This document shows, piece by piece, positions 61,218 to 64,000 of a stretch of 64,000 bases of DNA (position 1 is the first letter of the stretch; each line of letters begins with the position of its first letter). Origin of the DNA: Nitrospinales bacterium (lineage in GTDB: Bacteria > Nitrospinota > Nitrospinia > Nitrospinales > VA-1). The translations under genes and the position numbers were made by a program. Location: the NCBI GenBank assembly GCA_965223345.1, contig CBDCWG010000012.1, positions 544,001-608,000 on the forward strand. The letters are read 5' to 3'. Below the pieces are notes generated by a model. That model had not been told where the DNA came from, did no database searches, and saw only the letters and a list, made by a program, of their open reading frames with translations.

Positions 61218-62452
61218 AAATTTTGTTGTCTGCTTACGCTTGCGAACCAAATAAAGGGTCCGAACCTGCTGTAGGTTGGCAATGGGCAATTGAAACATCA
61301 CGCCTTGGCCATAACGTCTGGGTACTTACACGCGAAAATAACAGGGCTAACATCGAAGAAGAAATAAAAAAGCTTCCGCTTATCAAAAAGCTTAATTTCA
61401 TTTACTATGATTTGCCACGATGGGCACAAAAGTGGAAGAAAGGCAAATGCGGAATTTATTTCTACTATTTAATTTGGCAATTGAAAGCTTATCTCCTTGC
61501 TAAAAAGGTTCATGAGACTGAGAAATTTGATCGTGTTCATCATGTCACATTTGCCAATGTTCGCCAACCCAGCTTCATGGGTAACTTGGGAATCCCATTT
61601 GATTTCGGACCTGTGGGAGGTGGAGAGCGAGCTCCTTGGCGACTACGTCTAGGATACGGATTGCGGGGTTTTTTTACAGACGCTTTACGCGATCTCGCGA
61701 ATTATTTGATTAGAATTGACCCTATTCTTCGCCAGACTTTAAAAAAAGCAGAACGAATCTATACAACTTCGGAGCAAACTCTCTCCCTTTTGCCGATTAA
61801 ATATCAAAAAAAGGCTGTTGTGAAACTTGCAATTGGCTTTAATCCAAATGAAACTTCAAGTTTTCTTCAGCAACATTGTGAATATCAAGTAGGCATGAAC
61901 CGATTTAGAATTCTTTATGTTGGTCGCTTACTTTACTGGAAAGGAATGCATCTTGGAATTCCTGCGTTTGCTCGCCTTTTAGAAAACTTTCCTTATGCAC
62001 AGATGACAATTGTTGGTAATGGGCCCGATGAGATTCGATGTCGAACAATTGCAAAAAAATTGGGGGTCTTCGATCAAATAAACTGGGTGCCATGGCTCAA
62101 TCAAAAAAAATTGTCCCTCCTTTATGCAAATCATGATGCTTTCCTATTTCCCAGCCTACACGACTCGGGAGGCATGGTTTTGTTGGAGGCCATGGCTAGT
62201 GGGCTCCCAATTATCTGCCTAGATTTAGGAGGACCCGGTGTTGTTGTCGACAATACTTTTGGTCGTGTGATATCGACTGCAAGAAAATCAGAATCGCAAG
62301 TATTGTCAGATCTAGGGTCAGCCATGTTCCAATTCGCCCAAAATCCACACCTCCGACGTGAGCTTGGGCTAAAGGCGAAACAAAAAGTAAAAGAATATAG
62401 TTGGGCAAAGTCTGTTGCTCAAGTTTATGCGGAATGCAATAGCTCAGTTTAA
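61214..62452 (+). CDS. GT4 glycosyltransferase
   Basis: ACEPNKGSEP, GRLLYWKG, DSGGMVLLEAMASG. Confidence 0.92.
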   Translation: MKILLSAYACEPNKGSEPAVGWQWAIETSRLGHNVWVLTRENNRANIEEEIKKLPLIKKLNFIYYDLPRWAQKWKKGKCGIYFYYLIWQLKAYLLAKKVHETEKFDRVHHVTFANVRQPSFMGNLGIPFDFGPVGGGERAPWRLRLGYGLRGFFTDALRDLANYLIRIDPILRQTLKKAERIYTTSEQTLSLLPIKYQKKAVVKLAIGFNPNETSSFLQQHCEYQVGMNRFRILYVGRLLYWKGMHLGIPAFARLLENFPYAQMTIVGNGPDEIRCRTIAKKLGVFDQINWVPWLNQKKLSLLYANHDAFLFPSLHDSGGMVLLEAMASGLPIICLDLGGPGVVVDNTFGRVISTARKSESQVLSDLGSAMFQFAQNPHLRRELGLKAKQKVKEYSWAKSVAQVYAECNSSV

Positions 62453-62492
62453 TTTATATAATTTAACATAAGATCAGTTTTGTAATAAATAT

Positions 62493-63797
62493 ATGAAATG
62501 GAGCCTTCGCCACACCATAACTATGCTTGTGATTGGGGCTTATTTGATTTTCTCCTACGGTTTTATGCTTATTCGCATCCCCCCTGTCGCAGGAGGTGGA
62601 ATACCGATAGGAGAAATATTATTATTATTTTCTCTTAGCTTTTTGATTAAAGACTTAAAGTGGGTCCCCCTTTTTACTAACAACATTATTTTTATTGCCT
62701 TTTTAATGTGGTGGACCCTTGGAATCTCAAGAGTATTGTTGGCATTACCGGAATACGGTATGTGGGCATTTCGTGATGCCACTCACGTAATTGAATCTCT
62801 TTTCCTGTGGGTAGGTTTTGTTTTTGCATCATCGCCAAGCGCAATTGACCGGCTTTTTTTATGGTTGAAAAGAATTCTTACTTTGGGTTGTCTTAATGCC
62901 TTAACCTTTCCATTTCGTGAGATCATACAAGTAATCTCCCCCACTATCACTGCAGCTTCAGGATACACAGCATTTCTTTTCCCTCATTATACTTTATCTG
63001 GAGTAATACTTCTCTGGGAAGCTATACGCCGATTAATAGACCAGACAAGAGTTAACTTATTAATTTCAGGTTTACTTCTCGCATATGCTGTAGCGATTTT
63101 TCAAGCTAGAACAATTTATATTCAAGTATTAGCTATTTTATTATTGATGCTATGGTATCGACCAAAGATTTTTGGAAAAATGAGCTTGGCAATAGGGGCT
63201 GGCCTGTTTGCTTTAATATTAGTTATTGTGTCTGGGGTAGAAATCAAGGGCCGAATTGGACAAAATATTTCTTTTGAATTCATAGGCAATCACTTTACTG
63301 CCATAGCTGGAATTGAGAATACTGGTGTAGAAGGTGCAGCAAAGGGAGTTGATCTACGTCTGAATTGGTGGAAAGATATTCTCAATAAATTGATTGAAAG
63401 TCCGGAAAAACTGTTATTGGGTTTGGGTTATGGTTTCCCACTGATGGATTTCCACGGAATAATGGGGAATGCTGCTCGCGAGCCCCATAACTCATTCATA
63501 TCGATTCTAGGGCGAATTGGTATTCTAGGAGCTATATTTTTTACTTGGATGCATATACATTTAATGCGTGCGTGGTTAAAAGCATATTACCTTTGTCGAA
63601 AAAAACGTTATTTCCTTGGCCAGGATCGACTTTTTATGTTCTTGGCGTATTTTGTTTTAGTTTGGGTTTATTCTTTGGGTGAAGATGCTTTTGAAAAACC
63701 CTTTATAACCATACCATATTATTTTTTTTGGGGTGTTTTTCTCCACTACCGGCTCCACTTAAAGAATTCATTGCTTACAAATATTAAGGAAAACTAA
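62493..63797 (+). CDS. O-antigen ligase/Wzy polymerase-like membrane protein
   Basis: Many TM segments, QAR, R..WW, GLGYG, PHNSF. Confidence 0.8.
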   Translation: MKWSLRHTITMLVIGAYLIFSYGFMLIRIPPVAGGGIPIGEILLLFSLSFLIKDLKWVPLFTNNIIFIAFLMWWTLGISRVLLALPEYGMWAFRDATHVIESLFLWVGFVFASSPSAIDRLFLWLKRILTLGCLNALTFPFREIIQVISPTITAASGYTAFLFPHYTLSGVILLWEAIRRLIDQTRVNLLISGLLLAYAVAIFQARTIYIQVLAILLLMLWYRPKIFGKMSLAIGAGLFALILVIVSGVEIKGRIGQNISFEFIGNHFTAIAGIENTGVEGAAKGVDLRLNWWKDILNKLIESPEKLLLGLGYGFPLMDFHGIMGNAAREPHNSFISILGRIGILGAIFFTWMHIHLMRAWLKAYYLCRKKRYFLGQDRLFMFLAYFVLVWVYSLGEDAFEKPFITIPYYFFWGVFLHYRLHLKNSLLTNIKEN

Positions 63798-63816
63798 TTT
63801 ATGGAAATTGCTTAAT

Positions 63817-64000
63817 ATGCACATACAAATTTTTCATAATACTTATCAGCAAAAAGGAGGAGAGGATGCTGTTGTCGCCAGCGAACTCAATTTGCTTCAA
63901 GAACGCGGTCATAAAGTCAATTTACACACGATTTCTAACAACTCAATTCAGGGATTATGGAGCAAGGTAAATGCTGCTTGGAAGACATCTTACTCAAAAT
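63817..64000 (+). CDS. GT4 glycosyltransferase (partial, runs off window)
   Basis: MHIQIFHNTYQQKGGEDAVV...RGHKV. Confidence 0.8.
   Translation, partial: MHIQIFHNTYQQKGGEDAVVASELNLLQERGHKVNLHTISNNSIQGLWSKVNAAWKTSYSK

Larger units (their letters stand above)
46497..64000. mobile_element. AT-rich genomic island (right end outside window)
   Basis: Abrupt sustained drop in GC; integrase, HTH, nuclease remnant, polysaccharide cargo; left edge approximate (46500-46650). Confidence 0.75.

Overview
Bacterial chromosomal window in two compositional halves. About 1-46.5 kb is mostly GC-rich, with housekeeping and accessory genes: TPR and lipase genes, a TetR/methyltransferase/OsmC unit, cbiX divergent from a CarH/LitR-type B12 regulator, rtcB, an LplT-Aas fusion, a TIR-like-TPR gene, a GlcNAc-type cluster (SSS symporter, NagX-like, GH20), tmRNA (ssrA), a GT4 plus TMTC-like pair, an ABC transporter, purD and an isoaspartyl peptidase. 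Several decayed genes (esterase, YCII, carbamoyltransferase, SxtJ-like) and a lower-GC block next to the ssrA 3' end, carrying two paralogous Cys-rich secreted proteins, are interspersed. From about 46.5 kb to the end is an AT-rich island. It holds a controller (C)-protein-like HTH gene with a canonical double C-box, a decayed PD-(D/E)XK nuclease, a frameshifted tyrosine integrase, and a Wzx/Wzy polysaccharide locus that runs off the window. That locus includes a GDP-mannose 3,5-epimerase-like gene, a Tat-exported beta-helix protein and an unusual NTase-kinase/APH-kinase/methyltransferase module. No tRNA, rRNA, CRISPR array or IS was seen. All family calls come from motif recognition by eye; no searches were run.
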